Positions 9,227 to 18,467 of a stretch of 64,000 nucleotides of DNA are shown here, one piece after another. Below the pieces are notes generated by a model. That model worked only from the letters and a program-made list of their open reading frames with translations, was not told where the DNA came from and did not search any database. Source of the stretch: a bacterium (GTDB taxonomy: Bacteria; SAR324; NAC60-12). The stretch lies in contig OZ242383.1 of the NCBI GenBank assembly GCA_965209155.1, forward strand, positions 352,001 to 416,000, written 5' to 3'. A program made the position numbers and the translations under genes. How positions within the stretch are numbered: position 1 is the stretch's first letter; every line of letters begins with the position of its first letter.

Positions 9227-10297
9227 TTGATATTAATAATTTTTTCTCGATTTCATGAATGGACGGCGTCAAAAATCGATTGGAAACTCCGGGAAAAGTT
9301 GATAAGTTTTTCAACAACAAAAGTACCAGAAATTCAAATTCATAAGATGGCATTCTTAATGGCAATTCGTGAGTACTGGGCTACCCCTTTACTCACAAAA
9401 AATTTTCAAGAACGTTTGCAGTTCCATATCAAGGTCACTTTATTGATTGGGATGGTGCTCACGGTTGTGCTGCAATTCCATCCTTTTTTCCTTTTTCCTT
9501 TCAGCGTTTTTTATGCCTGGGGAATCGTGGCTTTGAGTTTTGGGGTGTGCCAGTGGCTTTTGAACGAGGCCTCCTTTTTTTTCTTTCTCCAGAAGCGAGA
9601 ACCGGGAAAATGGACAGTGGGGTGCCAATGGCCCTTGACCTTTTTCAATTTCCTCGTTGGTTACGGGGTGTTCTTCCTGGCGAACGACACAATGATTCCA
9701 TTGGTTTATCCGCAATTCACGGGAGTCAGCGAGGAAGTCAGGACGTGGGGGCTCTTTTTTAAAATTCTCCCCCTGTGGTTTTTTGTCGCCTTCGTCATTT
9801 TTGAAATGGAAATCAAGAAAACGCTGGCAGGCAATTTGGATCAGGCGCGGCAGATAAACCGGCTCCTCGAGCAACGAAACAAGGTATTTTCAAAGGCCCC
9901 GCATGGGAAGGGTGGATTCACATCCTCTCAACAAACCTCCCGATCATTATTCAGGATTCCGGGAAAGAATGAAGTGGAAAACCTGGACCCGGAAATTATC
10001 AGTCACATTAGCGTGGAAGAGCATTATTCCCGCATATTCGTGAAGAGAGATCAGGTATTGGAGGAAATTGAAGTGCGGCTTTCTCTCAAGGAGGCGCTGC
10101 AACAATTACCTGCGCCCCCATTCGTACAAATTCATCGCTCCCACGTGATCAACCTGGCTCATGTTTCTCATATCAAACAATCGGCCAGATCTTACCGGGT
10201 TTTTATGGGAGAACAGGTGAATGCTCTCCCTATGAGCCGGCACCGGGTCCCCGAAGTGCTGCCACTCCTGCAAGAATTTCTGAGTAAACCAGGATAG
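9227..10297 (+). CDS. Membrane-bound LytTR-family DNA-binding regulator
   Basis: About four TM segments, then LytTR domain (ISHISVEEHY...FVQIHRSHVINL...PMSR). Start may be ATG 9347. Confidence 0.85.
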   Translation: MILIIFSRFHEWTASKIDWKLREKLISFSTTKVPEIQIHKMAFLMAIREYWATPLLTKNFQERLQFHIKVTLLIGMVLTVVLQFHPFFLFPFSVFYAWGIVALSFGVCQWLLNEASFFFFLQKREPGKWTVGCQWPLTFFNFLVGYGVFFLANDTMIPLVYPQFTGVSEEVRTWGLFFKILPLWFFVAFVIFEMEIKKTLAGNLDQARQINRLLEQRNKVFSKAPHGKGGFTSSQQTSRSLFRIPGKNEVENLDPEIISHISVEEHYSRIFVKRDQVLEEIEVRLSLKEALQQLPAPPFVQIHRSHVINLAHVSHIKQSARSYRVFMGEQVNALPMSRHRVPEVLPLLQEFLSKPG

Positions 10298-10483
10298 GAA
10301 AGGAGGGCAGGTTCTATGGCACGCTTACCTTTTGACAGGGTCGGCAGCCGGGTGAATGTTTGTCTGCTATATTTTCCACTCTTTCCAGACGTGTATCCAT
10401 TGCCTGGAGAAATTGATAAACACCAGCTATCGTTTGTTCTATCGGAAAACGCGCCTGTGAAAAGAAGCGTAAACTGTGGGCGG

Positions 10484-11248
10484 TTATTCTTTGACGTAAT
10501 CGGATCTTAATTCGAATTTATGCAGGACCCAGCTGCTTGCCTGGAGATCGAGTTCGGATTCAATCGCCTTGATCTCTTCCAATTGCTCAAAAGACTCGAG
10601 ATCTTCCTGGCTGGCAAACTCCAAGGTGACAAAGCGGTGTGGAGATCCACCATAGTGATTGTCATAAGCCGACGTCGCTTTCAACTCGGTAGGGGCAACC
10701 AATTTGGAAGAAACAGACTCGACCCATTTCAAGTAGGCTTCTTTTCCATCCAGGGGATAGTCAATAAGAAGAACACCTTTAATGGGCCAATTGTCGTCTT
10801 CGGTTTTCGCATAGTGAGAACGCTCGATAAACGTATGGACGCTCACCTGCGTCGCACGGTTGGGTAGGTCTTCAAAAACTGCAACGATCTCCGGAAGGTT
10901 GAAATAGGTCGCTGAATCAAGATAACTGTTGAATTCAAATTCAACGAGCCGTTCCGGACTCATACCTGCCTCGATATTGTCGTAAGATCTTATCCGCACG
11001 ATCTCTCCGGGAGCTTTTAGCGTCTCCGCAATCGATGCGATCCATTCAATATAAGCCTCCTTCCCGCCTTCCGGGTAGTCAACCAGAAATACCAACTTCA
11101 CCGGAATCGCCTCCGTACCGGTCATCGTTTCATCCATGGAGGTGTCGGTTGTAAAACTCCCTACCATTTTTTGTATTTTCTCACAGCCCGTCAATGCAAC
11201 CAATGCGATGAGAATGATTGAAATTAAATTTACTGATTTCAATTTCAT
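10484..11248 (-). CDS. Lipoprotein with two tandem homologous alpha/beta domains (EthD/DUF1330-like, tentative)
   Basis: Lipobox LVALTGC; internal repeat DYPEGGKEAYIEW...YDN...SPERLVEFEF and DYPLDGKEAYLKW...YDN...SPHRFVTLEF; AGGAGG RBS. Confidence 0.7.
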   Translation of the reverse strand: MKLKSVNLISIILIALVALTGCEKIQKMVGSFTTDTSMDETMTGTEAIPVKLVFLVDYPEGGKEAYIEWIASIAETLKAPGEIVRIRSYDNIEAGMSPERLVEFEFNSYLDSATYFNLPEIVAVFEDLPNRATQVSVHTFIERSHYAKTEDDNWPIKGVLLIDYPLDGKEAYLKWVESVSSKLVAPTELKATSAYDNHYGGSPHRFVTLEFASQEDLESFEQLEEIKAIESELDLQASSWVLHKFELRSDYVKE

Positions 11249-11346
11249 TTAAATTACCTCCTTATAAAAATTCATTAACCTCAGTTCGAGATAAACATTT
11301 AATATATTCAAGATGTTATGGGATCCTCATATCTCAGAACAACCTT

Positions 11347-11384
11347 GTTATTCCGGGCTTGACCCGGCATTTCGCGAGGATGAC
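11347..11384. repeat. REP-like palindromic element, GTCATTCC/GGAATGAC family (degenerate)
   Basis: GTTATTCCGGGCTTGACCCGG...TTCGCGAGGATGAC; related to elements at about 12.0 and 17.1 kb. Confidence 0.6.
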
Positions 11385-11519
11385 TTATACGCCAGGATTA
11401 TCTCATTATAGAAGATTTACGTCGAACTCAGGTTAAATATAGTAAGAATAGGGAGTGATATAAATCGTCTTGTGACAAATACCGGTATCTCGATGCGAAG
11501 CGATTGTTCGGGATTACCG

Positions 11520-11807
11520 TCAAACACCTTCCACAATCAGGACAGTGGCATTCGCAGCTTGTTGGCGAATTTTCTTGAGATCGAGGTACTCAGGCGAGTT
11601 CAGACACGCTCGCGCCTTGTCGACGTTTTCAAACTCGATTACAACGACACGGTCGCCGCTGAAATCACCTTCCACCACTTCAACACTCCCTCCGCGCGCC
11701 AGGTAGCGGCCGCCATGGGCGTTCACTGTCGCAACAACACGTTCACGAAATTCTTCGTAAGTACTTTCGTCCAGTACTTTATTTGATACAAGTACATAGG
11801 CTGCCAC
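11520..11807 (-). CDS. DUF1330 family protein
   Basis: HGGRYLARGGSVEVVEG...RVVVIEF...SPEY...IVEGV; GAGGAGG RBS before GTG. Confidence 0.9.
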   Translation of the reverse strand: MAAYVLVSNKVLDESTYEEFRERVVATVNAHGGRYLARGGSVEVVEGDFSGDRVVVIEFENVDKARACLNSPEYLDLKKIRQQAANATVLIVEGV

Positions 11808-11994
11808 GGTTTCCTCCTCTTTAATTATTACAACTTATCAACAGAATCCTGCTCAGGTCCGAATTTAAAAAATCAATGGAGTCATATATAACCCGTATTA
11901 ACAAAACGAACAACACTTTTTCTTTTAATCTCTAGCAGGTCGATGTCGGAATTCATAATAATCGTGACAAAAATCAACCCATCCCTTCGATACC

Positions 11995-12042
11995 CTGGAT
12001 TCTCGCTCCCCGCTTTCGCGAGGACAAGTTTAGCAGGAAAGG
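11995..12042. repeat. REP-like palindromic element (degenerate)
   Basis: CTGGATTCTCGCTCCCCGCTTTCGCGAGGACAAG resembles the reverse arm of GTCATTCCCGCGAAAGCGGGAATCCAG-type repeats. Confidence 0.55.
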
Positions 12043-12200
12043 GATAGAGGGTACGTACGGACTTACTCCACAGTTTACTGGTGAAAAGAATCGACAAAGA
12101 CTAAAAGCCTTTTTCTGAACTTGACAGTCCAGTACAGCTTTTTTATTGATATCAGATACATCATTTTTTCCAAGAATTGCGCTGTAGAGGAGTAAACACC

Positions 12201-12581
12201 ATGAACCGATACGAAATAGAAAACAACAGTTATTTTATTTTTGACAAAGATGCTTCGATACCCTTTGTACACTTTTTGTGGGGAAAGTTCGATTTTCGTT
12301 TAAACTTCCGGAAAACCGACAAGGCTGAAGCGATTGCGAGCCAGAAACTCGGATTTCAGGATGAAAGAGGAACTTATTTCGTTGCTGACAATTTGCAGCT
12401 TCAACGGCATGGGGTTTGGTATGATTTTCAAAAAGTGAGCTACCACGGTTTCACTTTTGAAGAGACAGAATGGAAACACGATGGAAAAATCCACCATGCG
12501 GAATTTCCCAAAGCATTGTTTCAGGTTGCAGCAACGGTATCTGCCAAAGAACTGGGAATGAAATCTATAAACTCGTTTTAG
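12201..12581 (+). CDS. Hypothetical protein
   Basis: 126-aa ORF with GAGGAG RBS before ATG 12201; no recognised motif. Confidence 0.6.
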   Translation: MNRYEIENNSYFIFDKDASIPFVHFLWGKFDFRLNFRKTDKAEAIASQKLGFQDERGTYFVADNLQLQRHGVWYDFQKVSYHGFTFEETEWKHDGKIHHAEFPKALFQVAATVSAKELGMKSINSF

Positions 12582-12592
12582 GGAAATGCTGT

Positions 12593-12892
12593 TTATGCTT
12601 CTTCCATGCTGCATAAGAGGGGAAAATTTTTCTTTTCCGCCATTTCATGAACCTGATAGATTTTACTCTCCGCCACTTCGTAACTATAAATTCCACAGAC
12701 GCCCACACCATGAAAATGAACGTATAACATCAATTCAACTGCTTGCGGTTCACTCATCTGGAAGACTGCTGCCAGCACTCTGACGACGAATTCCATAGGA
12801 GTGAAGTCATCATTGTGCAAAAGGACTTTGTATTGTTTAGGATGATCGAGTTTGGGTTGAGTTTTCGGTTCAATGACCGTATTCGTTCCCAT
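12593..12892 (-). CDS. clpS: ATP-dependent Clp protease adaptor ClpS
   Basis: YKVLLHNDDFTPMEFVV...GVCGIYSYEVAE...FPLLCSMEEA. Confidence 0.95.
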   Translation of the reverse strand: MGTNTVIEPKTQPKLDHPKQYKVLLHNDDFTPMEFVVRVLAAVFQMSEPQAVELMLYVHFHGVGVCGIYSYEVAESKIYQVHEMAEKKNFPLLCSMEEA

Positions 12893-13172
12893 GATCTTGT
12901 CAGGGTTACTGTGGTCCGTCCGGCTCCTCCTGGTTCCCCATGCAGTCAAGAGAAAGGAGAGGGAAACAAAAAATCTTTTCCTCAAATTAACATTATTTTT
13001 CTGAGGATGCAAAAGACAAATTCTTGAAAAAATACACCATCATGGTACATTCTCCATAGAGCAAGCATAAAACATGGCGACGGTGCTGAAAACGCTCTGG
13101 TGCAAAATAACATGCGAAGAAACAGATTCATCAAAATGATTGCCATCTTTGGTGACAGAAGCGGGAAATAAT

Positions 13173-14150
13173 ATGGCAGAGCAAACCAATGGAAACCTCT
13201 TTGTTTCAGCACAGGGCGTCTTTACCCCCAAAATCGTTGTCACAGGAGCAGGTGGCGCGGGCTGTAACGTCATTACGAAAATGGTGGACCTGGATGTGAA
13301 ATACGTGGATTTTGTGGCATGCAATACGGATATCACTGCGCTTAAGAGTACGAAAGCGACTGTCAAAATAGAATTGGGAAGAAACTTCACCCGGGGATTG
13401 GGTGCAGGTTCAGACCCGAAAACGGGAGAAAAAGCCGCAGAAGAAAGTTTGTCGGAACTTGAAAAAAGCATGGAAGGCGCTCACATGCTATTCATCACTG
13501 CAGGAATGGGTGGAGGAACGGGAACGGGAACGGTTCCCGTCATCGGTAAGATTGCCAAATCGCAAGAGATTTTGACTGTGGGAATAGTCACCACACCTTT
13601 TACCTTCGAAGGACGCAAACGAATGAGGATTGCCTTGGAAGGTATCGAGCGATTGCGTCAGTACACAGACACCCTCTTGGTTATCCCCAATGACAAGCTT
13701 CTGGAGGCGACCAATCCATCGACCAGTTTACTGGATGCTTTTCATTTGGTGGATGAAGTCCTGATCAATGCGATTCAAGGGATTACGGACCTGATCAACA
13801 ACGTGGGAGAAATCAATGTCGATTTTGCGGATGTCAAAACAATTATGGGGGGTATGGGTACTGCGGTGATTGGAAAAGGGGTCGCTGCGGGAGAAGATCG
13901 GATGGGAAGAGCGACTCAAAATGCAATCAAAAGTCCACTCATGCAAGATACTGATATCAGAGGCGCCAGGGGAATTTTGATACACGTGGTTGGGAACCAG
14001 GACGTCGGGATGTTGGAAATCAACGAAGCTGTCAGCGCAATTGAAGAGTTGGCGGATAAAGAAGTCAATCTCATCTTTGGGTTGACCACACTGGAGTCGA
14101 TGGGAGAAGATGTCGCAGTGACCATCATCGCTACGGGCATTCCCGATTGA
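13173..14150 (+). CDS. ftsZ: FtsZ-family GTPase lacking the C-terminal linker and tail
   Basis: GAGGAGCN, TRGLGAG, GMGGGTGTG, PFTFEG, INVDFADVK; ends VTIIATGIPD followed by TGATGA. Confidence 0.9.
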   Translation: MAEQTNGNLFVSAQGVFTPKIVVTGAGGAGCNVITKMVDLDVKYVDFVACNTDITALKSTKATVKIELGRNFTRGLGAGSDPKTGEKAAEESLSELEKSMEGAHMLFITAGMGGGTGTGTVPVIGKIAKSQEILTVGIVTTPFTFEGRKRMRIALEGIERLRQYTDTLLVIPNDKLLEATNPSTSLLDAFHLVDEVLINAIQGITDLINNVGEINVDFADVKTIMGGMGTAVIGKGVAAGEDRMGRATQNAIKSPLMQDTDIRGARGILIHVVGNQDVGMLEINEAVSAIEELADKEVNLIFGLTTLESMGEDVAVTIIATGIPD

Positions 14151-14246
14151 TGATCAGGGGAGCGGGTTCCATTCAGCCTCTCGCCATCAAATAAGAAGAT
14201 TTAACTCTGAGAAAGGCTACCCGGCAACTGCTCGCATAGATCGTTT

Positions 14247-15347
14247 ATGATTTCATTTGAACTGGAGGCGCAATCCGGTCATGCAAGAAAAGGCCGTATT
14301 CAAACAAGGCGAGGATTGATTCTCACCCCGGTTTTCATGCCAGTTGGTACCCTCGGGACGGTGAGAGCCATGTCCCCGCAGGAATTGAGGGAATTGGGAG
14401 CTTCAATTGTTTTGGGAAACGCCTATCACCTGCATTTGCGTCCCGGTGATGAATTGGTGCATCAATTAGGAGGATTGCATCGATTCATGGGCTGGTCTCA
14501 CCCCATCCTGACCGACAGCGGAGGATTCCAGGTTTTCTCATTGGCAAAGCTGCGCAAACTTTCCGAGGAAGGGGTGGTTTTTCAGAGCCATCTCAATGGG
14601 GACACCATTCTACTCACACCCGAAAAATCGATTAAGATTCAAGAGAACCTGGGTTCCGACATAATGATGTGCTTTGATGAATGCGTGCGACTACCGGCTT
14701 CTTACAAAGAAATTGAAAAATCTCTTGCTCTGACCTCAAATTGGGCAAAACGCTGTAAAAGTGTTCATACGACCTCACAGGCTTTGTTTGCTATCGTACA
14801 AGGTGGGTTGCATCTCGACTTGCGTAAACGCGGTTTGCAAGAATTATTGCAAATCGGTTTTGATGGCTATGCCATTGGAGGTTTGAGTGTCGGAGAATCC
14901 AAAGAAGATATGTATGGAATGCTGGCAGAAATTACTCCCCTGCTTCCGGCAAGGAAACCGCGTTACGTGATGGGTATTGGTGAACCTGAAGATTTGTTGG
15001 AAGCGATCGAATATGGCATCGATATGTTCGATTGCGTGCTGCCAACACGCAATGCCCGTAATGGGTGTTTGTACACCTCGCGGGGGAAAATTTCCGTCAA
15101 ACAAGCACAATACCGGAAGGATCCCTTACCCGTCGACCTGGATTGCGTTTGCTATGTATGCCAGAATTTTTCGCGAGCCTATTTGAGGCACTTGTATCTT
15201 TCCAGGGAGGTCCTTTCAGTGCGCCTGAATACTTATCATAACCTGTTTTTTTACCTGAACCTGGTTGAGAATGCCCGTACTGCTATCGAAAACCAGCAGT
15301 TTGCCGCTTTCAAGCAATCTTTTTTACAAAAATACAATTTAATTTGA
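14247..15347 (+). CDS. tgt: tRNA-guanine transglycosylase
   Basis: TPVFMPVGT, LTDSGGFQVFSL, DMFDCVLPTRNARNG, zinc site CVCYVC. Confidence 0.97.
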   Translation: MISFELEAQSGHARKGRIQTRRGLILTPVFMPVGTLGTVRAMSPQELRELGASIVLGNAYHLHLRPGDELVHQLGGLHRFMGWSHPILTDSGGFQVFSLAKLRKLSEEGVVFQSHLNGDTILLTPEKSIKIQENLGSDIMMCFDECVRLPASYKEIEKSLALTSNWAKRCKSVHTTSQALFAIVQGGLHLDLRKRGLQELLQIGFDGYAIGGLSVGESKEDMYGMLAEITPLLPARKPRYVMGIGEPEDLLEAIEYGIDMFDCVLPTRNARNGCLYTSRGKISVKQAQYRKDPLPVDLDCVCYVCQNFSRAYLRHLYLSREVLSVRLNTYHNLFFYLNLVENARTAIENQQFAAFKQSFLQKYNLI

Positions 15348-15378
15348 TTTTGTCCGGTCGATCATCTATATTGGATCG

Positions 15379-15394
15379 TGGCAAATCATTTGCA
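15379..15394 (+). promoter_or_regulatory. Possible sigma-54 (-24/-12) promoter of the mltD-like gene
   Basis: TGGCAAATCATTTGCA: GG-N10-GC spacing in intergenic DNA. Confidence 0.45.
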
Positions 15395-15510
15395 TGAGAA
15401 TTATATAAATGACCATTGAAGGTAAACATAGAATATTTTTCCGTTTAAATGGTTATTTCTTCAGCATGATGCTGAATCCAGTATTTCTTAGTCAGACATG
15501 GATGTCGGAC

Positions 15511-16953
15511 ATGAATCAACCGAAATACAGTTGGTTGGGATGGGCAGTTGCCATTTTTATGGTGACTGCCTGTACCGTTTCCGAGTCAAAGCTTCCACTC
15601 GGGGAAACTAACATTCTACACCACCCTCCCGAACAGCATTCCACGAAAAACTCCCAATCTCTTAAGACACAAACCTTAAAAAAAACAAAGATTACCGCGT
15701 CGAAGGACGAAAAAAATCGAGCTCGTTATGACGTACCCATCCTTTATAACAAACGAGTGAACATCATGTTGAGCTTCTATTTGAATGAAGGCTTCGACAC
15801 ATTGACCGCGGGGATCGAACGTTCAGGCAAGTATCTTCCCACAATCAAGAAGATATTCAAAGAAGAAGGCATACCACAAGATCTGGCGTATTTGGCAGCA
15901 ACTGAAAGCAACTACAATCCTCAAGCCCGTTCTCGAGCACAGGCGGTTGGTCTCTGGCAATTCATAAGTACAACGGGACTGCGTTACAACCTCCGTCAAA
16001 ATCAGTGGTTGGATGAACGTATGGATGTCCTCAAGTCGACTCGCATGGCAGCGCGCCATTTGAAACACCTTTATAATAAATTCAATTCATGGGATCTGGC
16101 GCTGGCCGCTTACAATGCGGGAGAAGGACGGGTTCGAAGAGATATCAGAAAAGCTAAAGCCGGAGGGTGGCCTGCGGATTACTGGTCTTTACCTCTGCCT
16201 AAGGAAACGCAACGATATGTCGCCGATTATATGGCTGTTACCATTATTTCAAAGAATTTAGAGGATTACCAGTTAGATCATATTGTCAAAGCACCTCCGT
16301 TGGACTTGAAAACCATCACGCTTTCTACCAATTTTTCATTGCAGGAAATTGCAAGGCGTAGCAAAATGACGCTTGAGGAATTGCGGGAACACAATACGGC
16401 TTTGGTCTTGGGGGTTCCTCCAATCCATCAAAAAAAATACACTCTCCACATACCTCGCGAGCATGAGTTCCACCTGGCCAAGTCCTTAAAAAAACAGCCG
16501 GATCCCGATATACGCTGGAAAATAAATATCAGGGGCTTGAACAAATCTTCCCGGATGTTGCAATACCTGACGAAATATGGAACGGCCATTCAAATTCGCG
16601 TGAAAAAAGGTGACAGTCTCTGGAAGCTTTCGAAAAAATATGACACCACGGTGGACCGGCTCCGGCATTGGAACGGGCTCGATGAGAAAGGATTCCTGAA
16701 AATTGGCCAAAAACTCAAAGTCTATCGTGCCAACGTAAAAGTCTATAATCAATTGTTACGAGCTGTAGCAAAGCGTCAAGAAAAACTTTCCCCCACTCCT
16801 AAAATCATTGTTGTCAAACCAGGCGCAAATTTGTATTCCCTGGCAAAAAAATACCAGGTATCCGTCAAGAAATTGATGCGATGGAACAAATTAAAGAACC
16901 CCAGATTTCTGAAAGCCCACCAAAAATTGTTCGTTTCTGCCCCCACCGCATAA
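15511..16953 (+). CDS. mltD: Lytic transglycosylase with LysM domains (MltD-like), lipoprotein
   Basis: ATESNYNP...AVGLWQF...ALAAYNAGEG...LPKETQRYV; two C-terminal LysM repeats; lipobox-like VTAC. Start could be as early as 15409. Confidence 0.88.
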   Translation: MNQPKYSWLGWAVAIFMVTACTVSESKLPLGETNILHHPPEQHSTKNSQSLKTQTLKKTKITASKDEKNRARYDVPILYNKRVNIMLSFYLNEGFDTLTAGIERSGKYLPTIKKIFKEEGIPQDLAYLAATESNYNPQARSRAQAVGLWQFISTTGLRYNLRQNQWLDERMDVLKSTRMAARHLKHLYNKFNSWDLALAAYNAGEGRVRRDIRKAKAGGWPADYWSLPLPKETQRYVADYMAVTIISKNLEDYQLDHIVKAPPLDLKTITLSTNFSLQEIARRSKMTLEELREHNTALVLGVPPIHQKKYTLHIPREHEFHLAKSLKKQPDPDIRWKINIRGLNKSSRMLQYLTKYGTAIQIRVKKGDSLWKLSKKYDTTVDRLRHWNGLDEKGFLKIGQKLKVYRANVKVYNQLLRAVAKRQEKLSPTPKIIVVKPGANLYSLAKKYQVSVKKLMRWNKLKNPRFLKAHQKLFVSAPTA

Positions 16954-17093
16954 AAAGAAGTTTGAGCTTGTATTTTAAACGAGTTTGCAGCAAGCTTTAT
17001 GAGTCACCTTGTTGAGAATTCAGCAATTATTAAATTCGTATTGTAACCTGAATTCGAGAAAAATTTAGAGTAACAGGAGCATCCTCATGTGTA

Positions 17094-17192
17094 TGTCATT
17101 CCGGGTCTTCGCCCAGAATCCAGATTTCAGTCTGGCTGCGTACTGCTGAATTCCTGGTCAAGCCAGGAATGACAAGCTTCGCAGGAATGACA
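17094..17192. repeat. REP doublet, GTCATTCC...GGAATGAC family
   Basis: TGTCATTCCGGG...AATCCAG left arm; ...CCTGGTCAAGCCAGGAATGACA right arm and a further TTCGCAGGAATGACA. Confidence 0.65.
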
Positions 17193-17310
17193 GGGATACA
17201 GAAGCTTTTAAAATCCCAGTGCCCACTTTGTAAAGAGGGCATCGGTTTTCAAACCAACGCTGGTGACAGAAGGAATCGGAGCCACCGTTCCAGACCCGAA
17301 AGAATTGAAC

Positions 17311-18432
17311 ATGATAGATGTTGATATCGTTGTCATTGGCGGAGGAATTGCCGGGACTTCGGCTGCATTTGAACTGGCCAATGATTTTAAAGTGATGGTT
17401 CTTGAAATGGAAAGCCAACCCGGCTACCATTCCACGGGTAGATCCGCGGCTCTTTTCACCGAATATTATGGGAACGCTCTGATTCGAAAACTCGCTAGGT
17501 TGAGCAAACCATTTCTGCAATCTCCCCCTAAGGGATTCACGGAATATTCCCTGCTGAATGACCGGGGAGCTCTCTTCCTGGTTCGTGCGGATCAAAATGA
17601 GAAAATGGAAAGGGAAATCCGTACGATCAATGCGGGAGGAGGAAATGTCGAACAGCTTCAAGAACGTGATTTGTTTTCACTTTTCCCGGCATTGAAACCC
17701 GGATATGCCATAGCTGGTATTTATGATCCGCATTCAAAGGACCTCGACGTCCATGCGCTCCATCAAGGATTCTTGCAGTCCATAAGAAAACGTGGAGGAA
17801 TTCTGCAGACAGGTGTCAAAGTGACCGAATTGCGATCTTTGCAGGAAGGTTGGCTGGTAAAAGCCGGAAAAGAAGAGTTTTCCTGCAAGTTAATCGTCAA
17901 TGCCGCAGGAGCTTGGGGAGAAGCAGTTGGTGCCATGGCAGGGGCTAAAAAAATCGGTCTGGTCCCCAAAAAAAGAACGGCATTTCTCTTCAAGCCTCCA
18001 GATCAATACCAAATTGAAAAATGGCCCATGATCAACGACATTGGAGAACAATTCTATTTCAAACCCGATTCCGGAAAATTGCTCGCTTCTCCTGCCGATG
18101 AAACTCCAGTAGCTCCTCATGACGCCAGACCCGATGACCTGGATATTGCGATGGGTATCGAAAGAATTCACGAGGTGGTCGATTTTCATATACGGCATGT
18201 CAGTCATAAATGGGCAGGATTGCGCTCATTCGTGGAAGACCGGACTCCTGTCTTAGGATTCGACCCTCACGTACGAAACTTATTCTGGTTGGTGGGACAA
18301 GGAGGATATGGGATCAAGACCTCTCCGATCATGGCGGTCTGCTGCGCTAACCTCATCCGGGATCACTGCTTCCCCAAGCACGTATTGGAAGCTGGCGTAA
18401 GCGAAGCCATGCTCGCCCCAGGACGTTTGTGA
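17311..18432 (+). CDS. FAD-dependent oxidoreductase, D-amino acid oxidase family (D-arginine dehydrogenase-like)
   Basis: VVIGGGIAG, GYHSTGRSAA, VNAAGAW, WAGLRSFVEDRTPVLG, GQGGYGI. Confidence 0.88.
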   Translation: MIDVDIVVIGGGIAGTSAAFELANDFKVMVLEMESQPGYHSTGRSAALFTEYYGNALIRKLARLSKPFLQSPPKGFTEYSLLNDRGALFLVRADQNEKMEREIRTINAGGGNVEQLQERDLFSLFPALKPGYAIAGIYDPHSKDLDVHALHQGFLQSIRKRGGILQTGVKVTELRSLQEGWLVKAGKEEFSCKLIVNAAGAWGEAVGAMAGAKKIGLVPKKRTAFLFKPPDQYQIEKWPMINDIGEQFYFKPDSGKLLASPADETPVAPHDARPDDLDIAMGIERIHEVVDFHIRHVSHKWAGLRSFVEDRTPVLGFDPHVRNLFWLVGQGGYGIKTSPIMAVCCANLIRDHCFPKHVLEAGVSEAMLAPGRL

Positions 18433-18467
18433 AACCTCCTTTCACAGAGAGCCACGAGGGTTGTTTC

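Noticed and set aside
10316..10510. 64-aa ORF with a good RBS after the LytTR gene
   Set aside because: No recognisable motif and it overlaps the convergent gene; unsupported.
11882..12097. 71-aa ORF containing PAKLVLAKAGSENP
   Set aside because: This is a translation of the REP-like palindrome.
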